In this document: in pieces, positions 8,642 through 15,755 of the stretch
How the letters are laid out: every line of letters begins with the position of its first letter
Numbering within the stretch: position 1 is the first letter of the stretch
Origin: Micrococcaceae bacterium RIT 802
GTDB lineage: Bacteria > Actinomycetota > Actinomycetes > Actinomycetales > Micrococcaceae
Reading direction: 5' to 3'
Length of the DNA: 24,000 nucleotides
Assembly: GCA_016892645.1 (NCBI GenBank)
Contig: JAFEMX010000006.1
Coordinates: 19,600-43,599 of the forward strand
Program-made: the position numbers and the translations under genes
Notes under the pieces: model-generated
Told to the model about the DNA's origin: nothing
The model's input: the letters and a program-made list of their open reading frames with translations, nothing else
Databases searched by the model: none

Positions 8642-8659
8642 AAGTTGTTATAACAACTT
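8642..8659. promoter_or_regulatory. Perfect 18-bp AT-rich palindrome AAGTTGTTA|TAACAACTT
   Basis: Read directly. It lies between the convergent RCC1-like and WYL genes, in otherwise GC-rich DNA. It could be an operator or a weak bidirectional hairpin; its function is unknown. Confidence 0.35.
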
Positions 8660-8745
8660 CGCGCCGGCTGACGAAGAGTGAAACCGGAGTCGTCGACGGC
8701 CGAAAACTGAGCCGGTGTGACTGTTGAAAACCATGCCCGAGTTAA

Positions 8746-9732
8746 TCATCGGTCGTCGCCAGCAGCGTGAAGCAGCCTCGTCGCTGCAGCCCTCACCCGG
8801 TTTCGGAGTTCGTCGGGGCGATCGACCACGACCTCGCAGTCAAGAGCCGCTATGACGGACGGTAGCCAGTCGAGGTTCTCGGCATGGATCTTGGCCTGAT
8901 GCCAAGGCAGGGCGTCCTCGCGCCCCCGGTCCGCCGCGCGGTCCAGTCTTTCGAGTCGAGCCACGCTGCGCGGTAGATGCCGCCGGATGTGATCCTCTGT
9001 CGCTCGGATGCGCAGCACGACCTTCCATCGATAGTCCGCATTGGCAAAGAGCTCGAGGAGGCGACCTTCCACGTCGGGTTGCTGCGGCGGGGCGAAGGTT
9101 CCACGAATCGACCGAGCCGTTCGAATCCGGTCCACCCGGAACGTACGTTCCTCCTGCTTGTCCGTGTCGAACGCCACGAGATACCACCGGTCCGAGTGCG
9201 CGACCAGGGCATAGGGGTGGATCGTGCGCCGCGACGGGACACCTTCCCCGCTGAGGTAGCGCACGTCGAGGACGCGTCGGAGGTTCACGGCCTCCGCCAG
9301 GGTCAGCATCACGGCTGGGTCGGGCGCCACTCCCCCATGCTGGGACGTGCGCGTCATCACCCCGAGCAGGGTGTCGATCCGCTTCGCATCAGCGGTCGGC
9401 ATCGCTCGTTTGATCTTGGACAGGGCAGTCTGCGCGGCAATCTCCGGTTCGCGTGATGCTGCCTGCGCACGGGCGAGCCCCAGAAAAACCGCGACCACTT
9501 CCTCCCTGCTGAACATGAGCGGGAGGACGCGCTGGCCGGGCGCGAGCCGATAACCGCCGTAGCGCCCTCGCAGCGTCTCGACCGGCACTCCCAGATCGTA
9601 CAGACGCGCCACATCTCTGCGGATCGTCCGCTCGTCGACGCCGAGGCGTTCTGCCAGCTCGGCAACAGTGCGCTGTTGCGCGGACTGCAGTAGTTCGAGC
9701 ATTTGCAAGGTTCGCTCGGTTGGGCCGACCAT
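8746..9732 (-). CDS. WYL-domain transcriptional regulator (HTH - WYL - WCX; YafY/PafBC-like)
   Basis: N-terminal wHTH (TERTLQMLELLQSAQQRTVAELAERLGVDERTIRRDVARL), a WYL core (IHPYALVAHSDRWYLVAFD...RTFRVDRI) and a C-terminal extension. The start is ambiguous, with three candidate ATGs at 9732, 9741 and 9744. The track start at 9846 is not credible. Confidence 0.88.
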   Translation of the reverse strand: MVGPTERTLQMLELLQSAQQRTVAELAERLGVDERTIRRDVARLYDLGVPVETLRGRYGGYRLAPGQRVLPLMFSREEVVAVFLGLARAQAASREPEIAAQTALSKIKRAMPTADAKRIDTLLGVMTRTSQHGGVAPDPAVMLTLAEAVNLRRVLDVRYLSGEGVPSRRTIHPYALVAHSDRWYLVAFDTDKQEERTFRVDRIRTARSIRGTFAPPQQPDVEGRLLELFANADYRWKVVLRIRATEDHIRRHLPRSVARLERLDRAADRGREDALPWHQAKIHAENLDWLPSVIAALDCEVVVDRPDELRNRVRAAATRLLHAAGDDR

Positions 9733-9751
9733 GACACCCATCATTCCCCAG

Positions 9752-9776
9752 ATACCGGACAAATGTCGCCCGGTAT
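9752..9776. promoter_or_regulatory. Inverted repeat ATACCGG-N11-CCGGTAT in the divergent WYL/VOC intergenic region
   Basis: Perfect 7-bp arms at 9752-9758 and 9770-9776, between the WYL start (about 9732-9744) and the VOC start (9846). It is a candidate operator. Confidence 0.35.
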
Positions 9777-9845
9777 GGGCACTACCGTCATGTCCGTGGT
9801 CCGGTTCGTAGGCCGCATTCACGTTCACAACAGGAGGAGACGGCA

Positions 9846-10256
9846 ATGCAGTTTGCAGCCACCCGCATCATCACCGACGACGTCGACGGGCTCGTCGCGT
9901 TCTACGAAGCAGCAACAGGAATCACCGTGGAGCGGCTTCACCCGATGTTCGCCGAGTTTCGCACCCCATCCGGCACGCTAGCCGTCGCCAGCACCGCAAC
10001 GGTGCCGTTGCTCGGCGACAATGCCGCCGAGGCTCGCGCGAATCGCAGCATCACCTTAGACTTCCTCGTCGACGATGTTGACGCGACCTTCAAGCCTCTT
10101 CAGGGTGTCGTCGAAGTATTCGTCAATGAACCGACGGACATGCCCTGGGGCAATCGTTCGCTCCTCGTCAGGGATCCGGACGGCAACCTGATCAACTTCT
10201 TCACACCCATCGGCGAGACGGCCCGGGCCCGATTCGCGAACGGGGCCCAGGAGTAG
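9846..10256 (+). CDS. VOC family (glyoxalase/bleomycin-resistance/dioxygenase fold) protein
   Basis: 136 aa, with the ATG preceded by AGGAGGAG. The C-terminal part PWGNRSLLVRDPDGNLINFF is the classic VOC signature. Confidence 0.85.
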   Translation: MQFAATRIITDDVDGLVAFYEAATGITVERLHPMFAEFRTPSGTLAVASTATVPLLGDNAAEARANRSITLDFLVDDVDATFKPLQGVVEVFVNEPTDMPWGNRSLLVRDPDGNLINFFTPIGETARARFANGAQE

Positions 10257-10472
10257 AAACTGGTTTAGATAGGGGGCAAAGCAGCCACCGCAGTCGCCTC
10301 CGGGGGGACGCAGCGCCGCGTCGAAGATTGTGGAAAGGCGAACAACCGCGTCGTGCCCACCCTCGACCGAATGTCCTCCATGTGGGGTCGACATCGGCCC
10401 GGGGGCTTCTTGCTGCGCTTGTTCTTCCGGTTTTGCTGCGTCGGCCATGAGCTGGGTGGCTAGGCTGGGAGG

Positions 10473-11165
10473 ATGGCGACAGTTATCCTCGTGCGGCACG
10501 GCCGCACCACAGCCAATGCCACCGGGCTGCTGGCCGGTCGGGCCGTCGGAGTCAACCTGGACCAGATCGGGCGGGACCAGGCGGCGCTGACCGGCGACCG
10601 GATCGCGGCCGTTCCCGTGGTCGCGGTGGTGTCGAGCCCACTTGATCGTTGTCGGCAGACCGCCCAGCTCATCCTCGATCGCCAGACTGGAGCGCCTCAC
10701 GCGCCAGTCGATCCGGCGATTAATGAGTGCGATTACGGACAGTGGCAGGGTCGGCCCCTCAGCGAGCTAGCCAAGGAGGATTTGTGGACTGTGGTGCAGT
10801 CGCAACCGTCCGCCGTCGTCTTCCCCGGCGGTGAATCCATGGCCGGGATGCAGGCTCGATCCGTAGCAGCAATTCGACGCCATGATGCAGCCTTCGAAGC
10901 CGAGTACGGGCCCGAGGCCGTGTGGGTGGCGGTGAGCCACGGTGACATCATCAAATCAGTTCTTGCCGATGCGCTGGGCATGCACCTTGACCTGTTCCAG
11001 CGTATTGATGTCGGTCCGGCTTCAGTATCGATCGTGCACTACGGCGCTAGTCGGCCCAGCGTCCACGCGACCAACACCACCGCAGGCGATCTGTCGTGGC
11101 TGTCGAACCACGTCCACTCCGGCGACGCGCCGGTGGGCGGCGGTGCAGGGCATAAGGCGCCATGA
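10473..11165 (+). CDS. Histidine phosphatase family protein (MSMEG_4193-type putative phosphomutase)
   Basis: The catalytic RHG motif sits at the N-terminus (ILVRHGRTTAN), with a later SHGD stretch. It is followed by DUF3090 and SCO1664-family genes, as in the conserved actinobacterial cluster. Confidence 0.85.
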   Translation: MATVILVRHGRTTANATGLLAGRAVGVNLDQIGRDQAALTGDRIAAVPVVAVVSSPLDRCRQTAQLILDRQTGAPHAPVDPAINECDYGQWQGRPLSELAKEDLWTVVQSQPSAVVFPGGESMAGMQARSVAAIRRHDAAFEAEYGPEAVWVAVSHGDIIKSVLADALGMHLDLFQRIDVGPASVSIVHYGASRPSVHATNTTAGDLSWLSNHVHSGDAPVGGGAGHKAP

Positions 11166-11189
11166 ACCACTTGCGCCTAGAATACTGGC

Positions 11190-11744
11190 ATGCCTACACG
11201 TGTTCACGAGTTTGACTGGCCCGACCGGGTCGTCGTCGGCACCATCGGACTTCCGGGCGCGCGTACCTTCTACCTGCAGGTGCGCGCAGGGACGCAAGTC
11301 GTGAGTATCGCCCTCGAGAAGCAGCAGTCGGCTCTGCTCGCGGAGAAGATCGACGAAATCCTCGACGAACTCTTCACCCTCGACGGCAATCCCTTCAGCG
11401 TTCCCACGGGCACTCCCATTGAACTTGTCGACAATGACCAACTCGACGTTGTCCAGGAGCAGTTTCGCACCGGGACCATGGGCCTCGGGTGGGACCCCAC
11501 CACCGCCCAGGTCGTCATCGAGGCCCGCCCCATTGCCGAGGTCGATGCTGGCGACGGTGGCGAATGGCTTCAAGAGGACAGCGCGGACGAGTCCGAAATG
11601 CTCCGCGTGCGCATACCGGTCGGCACCGCCCGCGCATTCGCCAGACGCACCCGCGAGATCGTGGGCGCCGGGCGTCCGATGTGCCCGCTCTGCGGTTACC
11701 CCATTGATGCCGACGGACACACCTGTACCCTTCCCGAGGCGTGA
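11190..11744 (+). CDS. DUF3090 domain protein
   Basis: 184 aa starting VHEFDWPDRVVVGTIGLPGARTFYLQ and ending with the Cys cluster CPLCGYPIDADGHTC. This is the typical DUF3090 architecture. Confidence 0.8.
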   Translation: MPTRVHEFDWPDRVVVGTIGLPGARTFYLQVRAGTQVVSIALEKQQSALLAEKIDEILDELFTLDGNPFSVPTGTPIELVDNDQLDVVQEQFRTGTMGLGWDPTTAQVVIEARPIAEVDAGDGGEWLQEDSADESEMLRVRIPVGTARAFARRTREIVGAGRPMCPLCGYPIDADGHTCTLPEA

Positions 11745-12511
11745 TGCCAGCGCCGGACCTCGTGACCGCTGAACTGAATCTCACCGGCCGCATCACGACG
11801 GCTTCAAATGCAACTTTTCTGGGCAGCATCGGCGACGTGGTGGTCGTCTACAAGCCGATAGCCGGCGAAAGTCCGCTGTGGGATTTCCCCCAAGGGTTTC
11901 TGGCCCACCGGGAGGTGGCCGCCTACCTGGTGTCACAGGCCCTCGGCTGGAACATCGTCCCGCGGACCTGGCTGCGTGATGGACCGCTCGGTGACGGAAT
12001 GGTGCAGCTCTGGCAGGAACCGGACCCGGCCCACAGCGCCGTGGAACTGGTCGCAACGGATCAGGTGCCGGAGTCTGGCTGGAAACACGTCCTCGAGGGA
12101 CAAGACGAGAACGGACAGATGGTCGCCCTCATCCACGAAGACACTCTGGCGCTCCGACGGATGGCGGTCTTCGACATCATCGTCAACAACGCGGACCGCA
12201 AAGGCGACCACATTCTTGCCATGAGTGACGGACACCGGCACGGAGTGGACCATGGGGTCACCTTCCACCACGACCACAAGCTGCGCACGGTGCTGTGGGG
12301 ATGGCTGGGAGACCCGTTGAATGCCGACGAGCTCGACGGCGTCGCTCGCGTGAGCGAGGAACTCCGCGGTCCGCTGGGCCGGGAGTTAACCGGCTTGCTC
12401 AGCGCCGAGGAAATCGCGTCGCTCGCGGAGCGTTGCACCCGGCTGCTCTCGGCAGGACGGTTTCCGGCCCCCCGGGGTGAGATGCCAGCGGTTCCTTGGC
12501 CCCTGTTCTAG
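11741..12511 (+). CDS. SCO1664 family protein (PI3/4-kinase-like fold)
   Basis: 256 aa. The start overlaps the DUF3090 stop by 4 nt. It contains ASNATFLG, VYKPIAGESPLWDFP, NNADRKGDHIL and DHGVTFH. Confidence 0.8.
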   Translation: MMPAPDLVTAELNLTGRITTASNATFLGSIGDVVVVYKPIAGESPLWDFPQGFLAHREVAAYLVSQALGWNIVPRTWLRDGPLGDGMVQLWQEPDPAHSAVELVATDQVPESGWKHVLEGQDENGQMVALIHEDTLALRRMAVFDIIVNNADRKGDHILAMSDGHRHGVDHGVTFHHDHKLRTVLWGWLGDPLNADELDGVARVSEELRGPLGRELTGLLSAEEIASLAERCTRLLSAGRFPAPRGEMPAVPWPLF

Positions 12512-12535
12512 CTCGAGCCACACCCGGATCGGGCT

Positions 12536-12883
12536 TCAGTGGCCACCCGCCGCGTGCAACTTCCGCGCCGCTGCCGTCCTGAGCCGGTGGCGGAGTTCTT
12601 CGGGGCGATCGACCAGCACCTCGCAACCGACGGTCTCAATGACCGGCCGTATCCGGTCGAGGTTTACGGCATTGATGTCCATCCGACGGCAGGGCGGGGC
12701 AATGTTATGCATCCGTCCGTCCGGCGCAGCCCAGTCGTTCAAGCCGCGCCGCGGCGCAATGATGGCGGCTCCCAGATAGTCCTCGAGCACCGCATTAAAG
12801 ACCACCTGAGGCAGACTCAGGGCTGCACGACTCATCTGCCGTCCTGCGAACGGTTCACTAATTGCTCGCAGTACATGCCGCAT
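12536..12883 (-). pseudogene. Chimeric gene remnant: the 3' piece of a 17160-17600-type gene fused to the 3' (WCX) tail of a WYL regulator
   Basis: The C-terminal 44 aa (INAVNLDRIRPVIETVGCEVLVDRPEELRHRLRTAAARKLHAAG) match the tail of the intact WYL regulator at 8746-8890 at 27 of 44 positions. Bases 12797-12886 align without gaps to 17262-17351 at 64 of 90 nt by my hand count. There is no HTH, no WYL core and no credible start context. Confidence 0.6.
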
Positions 12884-12934
12884 CCCCTGCGCAACGGGAA
12901 CTCAACCACGGCGTCACGGTTGGATCCAGATTTT

Positions 12935-13345
12935 TCAGCGAGGCTCCGTCACGCCTGGCGCGATCACTTCGAGCCCTGCGGCTCGGGAAGCTTCACCAAG
13001 CCTGCGGTCGTACGTGAGGATCGCTGACGCATCAAGTCGCATCGCCGCTTCAAGATGCAGGGCGTCGAGCGTGCGGAGGTACGGCATCGGCAAGAAGCCC
13101 GCGCTGCGGTAGACAGCCCTGTCAAGCGCGGCGAGTCCGACACCTTCGAGGACACGAGTCACATCGGACTGTTCGAGTTTCTCCCGGACCGCGACACGGC
13201 GCAGTTCGGTCTCGAGCAGGTCGCTGGAGACGAGGGTAGCCTGCGTCCGGTCAAGCCAGTCCAGCACCGCCGGACTCTCGGGCTGGTCGATCAACAGCGC
13301 ACCAAGAGCGGAGGTATCGACGTAGACTACTGGATGGCTGGTCAC
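12935..13345 (-). CDS. vapC: PIN-domain toxin (VapC family)
   Basis: 136 aa starting VVYVDTSALGALL (first acidic PIN residue), with later SSDLLETEL and TLDALHLEAA and a C-terminal ILTYDRRL. Confidence 0.88.
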   Translation of the reverse strand: MTSHPVVYVDTSALGALLIDQPESPAVLDWLDRTQATLVSSDLLETELRRVAVREKLEQSDVTRVLEGVGLAALDRAVYRSAGFLPMPYLRTLDALHLEAAMRLDASAILTYDRRLGEASRAAGLEVIAPGVTEPR

Positions 13346-13623
13346 AGGCGATCGCCGCGCACGTCGTCGAGGATCGCGCTGAGGCTGTGCTCCGAGGTCT
13401 TACGTTCAATGGCCAGCCCCCTCCAGCCACCCTCGCGACGGGCGGGCCGGGTGATTTGCAGCGTGGCTGCGGGCGCATCCAACGGCACGATTCGCCCCAC
13501 GGGCACCCCACTGTTGGTCAAGATGAACGAGTGGCCCTCGCTCACCGCGCGGAGCACGCGGCCGGACTCGTTGCGAAGCTCGCGTTGTGACAAGCTCTCC
13601 GCCTGGGGTTCGCCGATGCTCAT
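13342..13623 (-). CDS. Phd/YefM-type antitoxin paired with the PIN toxin
   Basis: 93 aa containing SQRELRNESGRVLRAVSEGHSFILTNSGVPVGRIVPL, the Phd/YefM N-terminal fold signature. It overlaps vapC by 4 nt. Confidence 0.82.
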   Translation of the reverse strand: MSIGEPQAESLSQRELRNESGRVLRAVSEGHSFILTNSGVPVGRIVPLDAPAATLQITRPARREGGWRGLAIERKTSEHSLSAILDDVRGDRL

Positions 13624-13629
13624 GTACTA

Positions 13630-13635
13630 ATCGTA
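13630..13635 (-). promoter_or_regulatory. Candidate -10 box (TACGAT) for a leaderless antitoxin/PIN transcript
   Basis: The sense strand reads GGTGC-TACGAT-TAGTAC-ATG. This is a TANNNT hexamer 6 nt before the start codon, with no Shine-Dalgarno sequence. Confidence 0.3.
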
Positions 13636-13759
13636 GCACCCGTGCGACGTGGGGCAGGAAGTTGTCACCACGCCGAAACAGGCGGCTCCCGCACATCGGA
13701 CAGCCTGAACTAGCATCAACTACGCGTTAGTCCGAGTCGGCGATTTTCAGGTGACCCGA

Positions 13760-13806
13760 CTACACCTCCAAGCGGAATTCCAGCACGTTCCGTAGCCGAA
13801 TAATGT
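13760..13806 (-). repeat. ychF-3'-end-like repeat, copy C
   Basis: The sense strand reads AACATTATTCGGCTACGGAAC-GTGCTGGAATTCCGCTTGGAGGTGTAG (..IIRLRN VLEFRLEV*). The stop is at the same position as in ychF, and the arm is shared with copies A and B. Confidence 0.7.
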
Positions 13807-13871
13807 TTAGGCGCGGGAACGCCTGCGCCAGCTCAGTGACGGCAGCCGCAAGGCTCGATAAAGTACGTACC

Positions 13872-14141
13872 ATGACTACGTGGAGGTATGTCGCGAGCCG
13901 AGTCCGCGACCAAGCATCCTCCGAGGAGTCATGGGAGATCAGGGAACTCTTCCTCGAGTAGGACGGCAGATTCTCGTTCACCGACCAGGCGATCGCGCCC
14001 GCGGGCGCCACGATCGAGGAACTAGAGCGTGACCTCGAGGCCATGCTTCGCGATAGTCAGCAGCAGCCTCATCTTGATCTCACTGGCAATGAGCCGCGAC
14101 TCGCCAACGAGGGCGAGAAGATGGGCCGCCCGGCCGGATAG
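13872..14141 (+). pseudogene. Small hypothetical gene with an in-frame TAG at 13959-13961
   Basis: My frame-3 translation gives MTTWRYVASRVRDQASSEESWEIRELFLE*DGRFSFTDQAIAPAGATIEELERDLEAMLRDSQQQPHLDLTGNEPRLANEGEKMGRPAG*. The sequence looks protein-like on both sides of the single stop. The overlapping minus ORF 13760..14044 is S/R-rich and less credible. Confidence 0.4.
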
Positions 14142-14206
14142 ATACCGCCGACGCTGCTGCTTACACTGGGTTGAATCGCATCGCCCGAATAAGCCAGACC
14201 ACCTGC

Positions 14207-14461
14207 TCAGTAGTGGTATCGCGCTTGGAGGATGACAAGGTCGTCGCCGTCAACAAGGTAGACCAGCCTGTGTTCATCGGTGATGCGTCTCGACCACGAA
14301 CCTTGGGCGCCGTATTTGAGCTGCTCGGGCTTCCCTATACCGTCGAATGGCTCACGCAGGCAGGCGTCGATGAGCGTGTTGATCCGCTTGAGGATCCGTC
14401 GATCCGCCGTCTGCCAGTGCCTGTAGTCCTCCCACGCAGAGGAATCCCAAACGAGGCGCAA
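14207..14461 (-). CDS. yoeB: YoeB/Txe family toxin (mRNA interferase)
   Basis: 84 aa, with SAWEDYRHWQTADRRILKRINTLI, GIGKPEQLKY and WSRRITDEHRLVY, ending in ARYHY. The apparent TTG start directly follows the yefM TAA stop. Confidence 0.9.
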   Translation of the reverse strand: MRLVWDSSAWEDYRHWQTADRRILKRINTLIDACLREPFDGIGKPEQLKYGAQGSWSRRITDEHRLVYLVDGDDLVILQARYHY

Positions 14462-14713
14462 TTAGTCCTCGCGATCGAGTTCGTGCACCTCGGTCTGGCC
14501 CGTCCGAGCACGCTCGTAGGCGTCGAGCAGCCGGCGGGCATTGGCGGGCGAACGAAAGAGATATGCCGTCTCCTGCCACGCCGCGTACTCGGTGGCGGGC
14601 ATCAGTACGGCATTGCCTCCCCGGGAGACGATTTCCACGGCGTCATGGTCGTCGTTGATGCGTTGGATCAGCGGGAACAGGGTCTTGCGCGCCTCGCTGG
14701 CACTGATGGACAC
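14462..14713 (-). CDS. yefM: YefM/Phd family antitoxin
   Basis: 83 aa starting SISASEARKTLFPLIQRINDDHDAVEIVSRGGNAVLMPATEYAAWQETAYLFRSPANARRL. The GTG start at 14713 has AGGAG 8 nt upstream. Confidence 0.9.
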   Translation of the reverse strand: MSISASEARKTLFPLIQRINDDHDAVEIVSRGGNAVLMPATEYAAWQETAYLFRSPANARRLLDAYERARTGQTEVHELDRED

Positions 14714-14869
14714 GAGGAAGCTCCTATCGCACGTGGAACTGGAAATGGTACAACACTACGGTACCACTTCGATGCTGTCGGTCCATCCCATCAAGCCAAT
14801 GATGGGACTCAATAGGACCGCAGCCGGATCGACGGCCATGTCTCGGGGATCCGGAGATCCACTGCTGCT

Positions 14870-15214
14870 TTGTCTGCGGTCGGGCGTCACTCCGGAACAC
14901 CGGTGGCTGGATTGCGCGGACCACCCTTGACTTCGCCATCACTCCCATTAGATCTCGCACCAGCTGAAGGCGTGGTGGAGTTTCGGCTGGGAGCGCCCTG
15001 GTTACAGCTCGGCGAAGAGCCGACGACGCGTTCCGGGGCCGAGGTTGTGACTCGATTCGGAGTAGGTGACGCCGCTGTCGAACGGGCACGCTTGATCAGC
15101 TGCGTCATCGAGGTCGGGCCGTTGGAAAATGTTCCGGGCGCAGTCGACTATTTCGATTTCCTCGACCCCTGCGGCAACAACCTCAGCTTCTACTCCGAGG
15201 TGCAGCCGTGCTGA
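14870..15214 (+). pseudogene. 5'-truncated VOC/glyoxalase-fold gene fragment
   Basis: The C-terminal two-thirds look like a VOC domain (VVEFRLGAPWLQLGEE...FGVGDAAVERARL...VDYFDFLDPCGNNLSFY). The first beta-alpha unit is absent, and the N-terminal 25 codons look non-coding. Confidence 0.45.
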
Positions 15215-15335
15215 GTGATCGTCGCCAGATGGAATCCTGTTGAGTGCCGAATGGCGACCTCGCGATGGAAAACCTGTCGCCCGTCGACGGGACCCGTTCG
15301 CCGTTCACCGTGTCCATGCGCTGAGGAGGCAGACG

Positions 15336-15755
15336 TTAGACCGGAACCCCACTACACATTGAATCTGAATTCGACCACGTTCCGTAGCCGAACAACCTCT
15401 GCCTCGGACCCGCCATGCGCCCTCGTCCAACCGAGCCAAAATAGCCACGGATCGCCGGCAGGTCGACCACGAGAGTGTCCCAGACAGCCCCGTAGTCCGT
15501 TCCTTCATAGTGATGGGCCAGACGGTCACGCATACGCTTGATGAGCGACCAGGGCACATCGGGATGCAGAGCTGTCGTCTCCGTGCTCAGTCGCGCAACG
15601 TTTTCCCCGATCTTGATGATCAGGGACTCCGCTGCCAGGCCAGGGACGTTCTGCGGGTCGTCGACGAACCAGGCGTGTCCACGGGCAACCAGAACCGCGC
15701 CGACGTCACACAGGCGCACGATCTCCCGCAGCGCAGCTGCATCCCGCCCCGTCAT
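15336..15755 (-). CDS. hepT: HepT (DUF86/HEPN) toxin of a type VII HepT-MntA pair
   Basis: 139 aa with the HEPN R-x4-H motif in IKRMRDRLAHHYEG. The start overlaps the mntA stop (ATGA at 15752-15755). The last ~21 codons run through repeat copy B in a different frame. Confidence 0.85.
   Translation of the reverse strand: MTGRDAAALREIVRLCDVGAVLVARGHAWFVDDPQNVPGLAAESLIIKIGENVARLSTETTALHPDVPWSLIKRMRDRLAHHYEGTDYGAVWDTLVVDLPAIRGYFGSVGRGRMAGPRQRLFGYGTWSNSDSMCSGVPV
15352..15397 (-). repeat. ychF-3'-end-like repeat, copy B
   Basis: The sense strand reads GAGGTTGTTCGGCTACGGAAC-GTGGTCGAATTCAGATTCAATGTGTAG, which is ..VVRLRN VVEFRFNV*. The octapeptide and stop are identical to ychF, and all 5 nt differences are synonymous. 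Confidence 0.8.

Noticed and set aside
8790-8830. A possible origin of the shared repeat arm (…RLRN VVE…) from the WCX tail of WYL regulators (…CEVVVDRPDELRNRV…)
   Set aside because: There is a 9-nt identity (tcgaccacg) and mostly transition mismatches around it, but a 9-12-nt deletion is needed to align them and the region is short. I find it suggestive but not demonstrable by hand.
10056-10700. A 214-aa minus-strand ORF spanning the VOC/phosphomutase intergenic region, including the His/Cys-containing stretch MSTPHGGHSVEGGHD…GGDCGGCF
   Set aside because: By my count the third-position GC of that stretch is only about 64%, well below the neighbouring genes. It runs antisense through the ends of two good genes and has no start context.
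14724-14770. A possible seventh repeat copy just upstream of yefM (sense reading …VVLYHFQFHVR*)
   Set aside because: Only the gaa-NNN-gaa spacing and the flanking cac codons match, and extra codons are needed to align it. The segment also contains the yefM Shine-Dalgarno sequence. The similarity is too weak to count.
14972-14989. Plus-strand GTGGTGGAGTTTCGGCTG (VVEFRL) inside the VOC fragment, as an inverted-orientation copy of the ychF core
   Set aside because: It has an 11-nt exact match plus a few more identities. A match of that length to a 27-mer is reasonably likely by chance in 24 kb on both strands, no arm homology is present, and the sequence fits the VOC reading frame.
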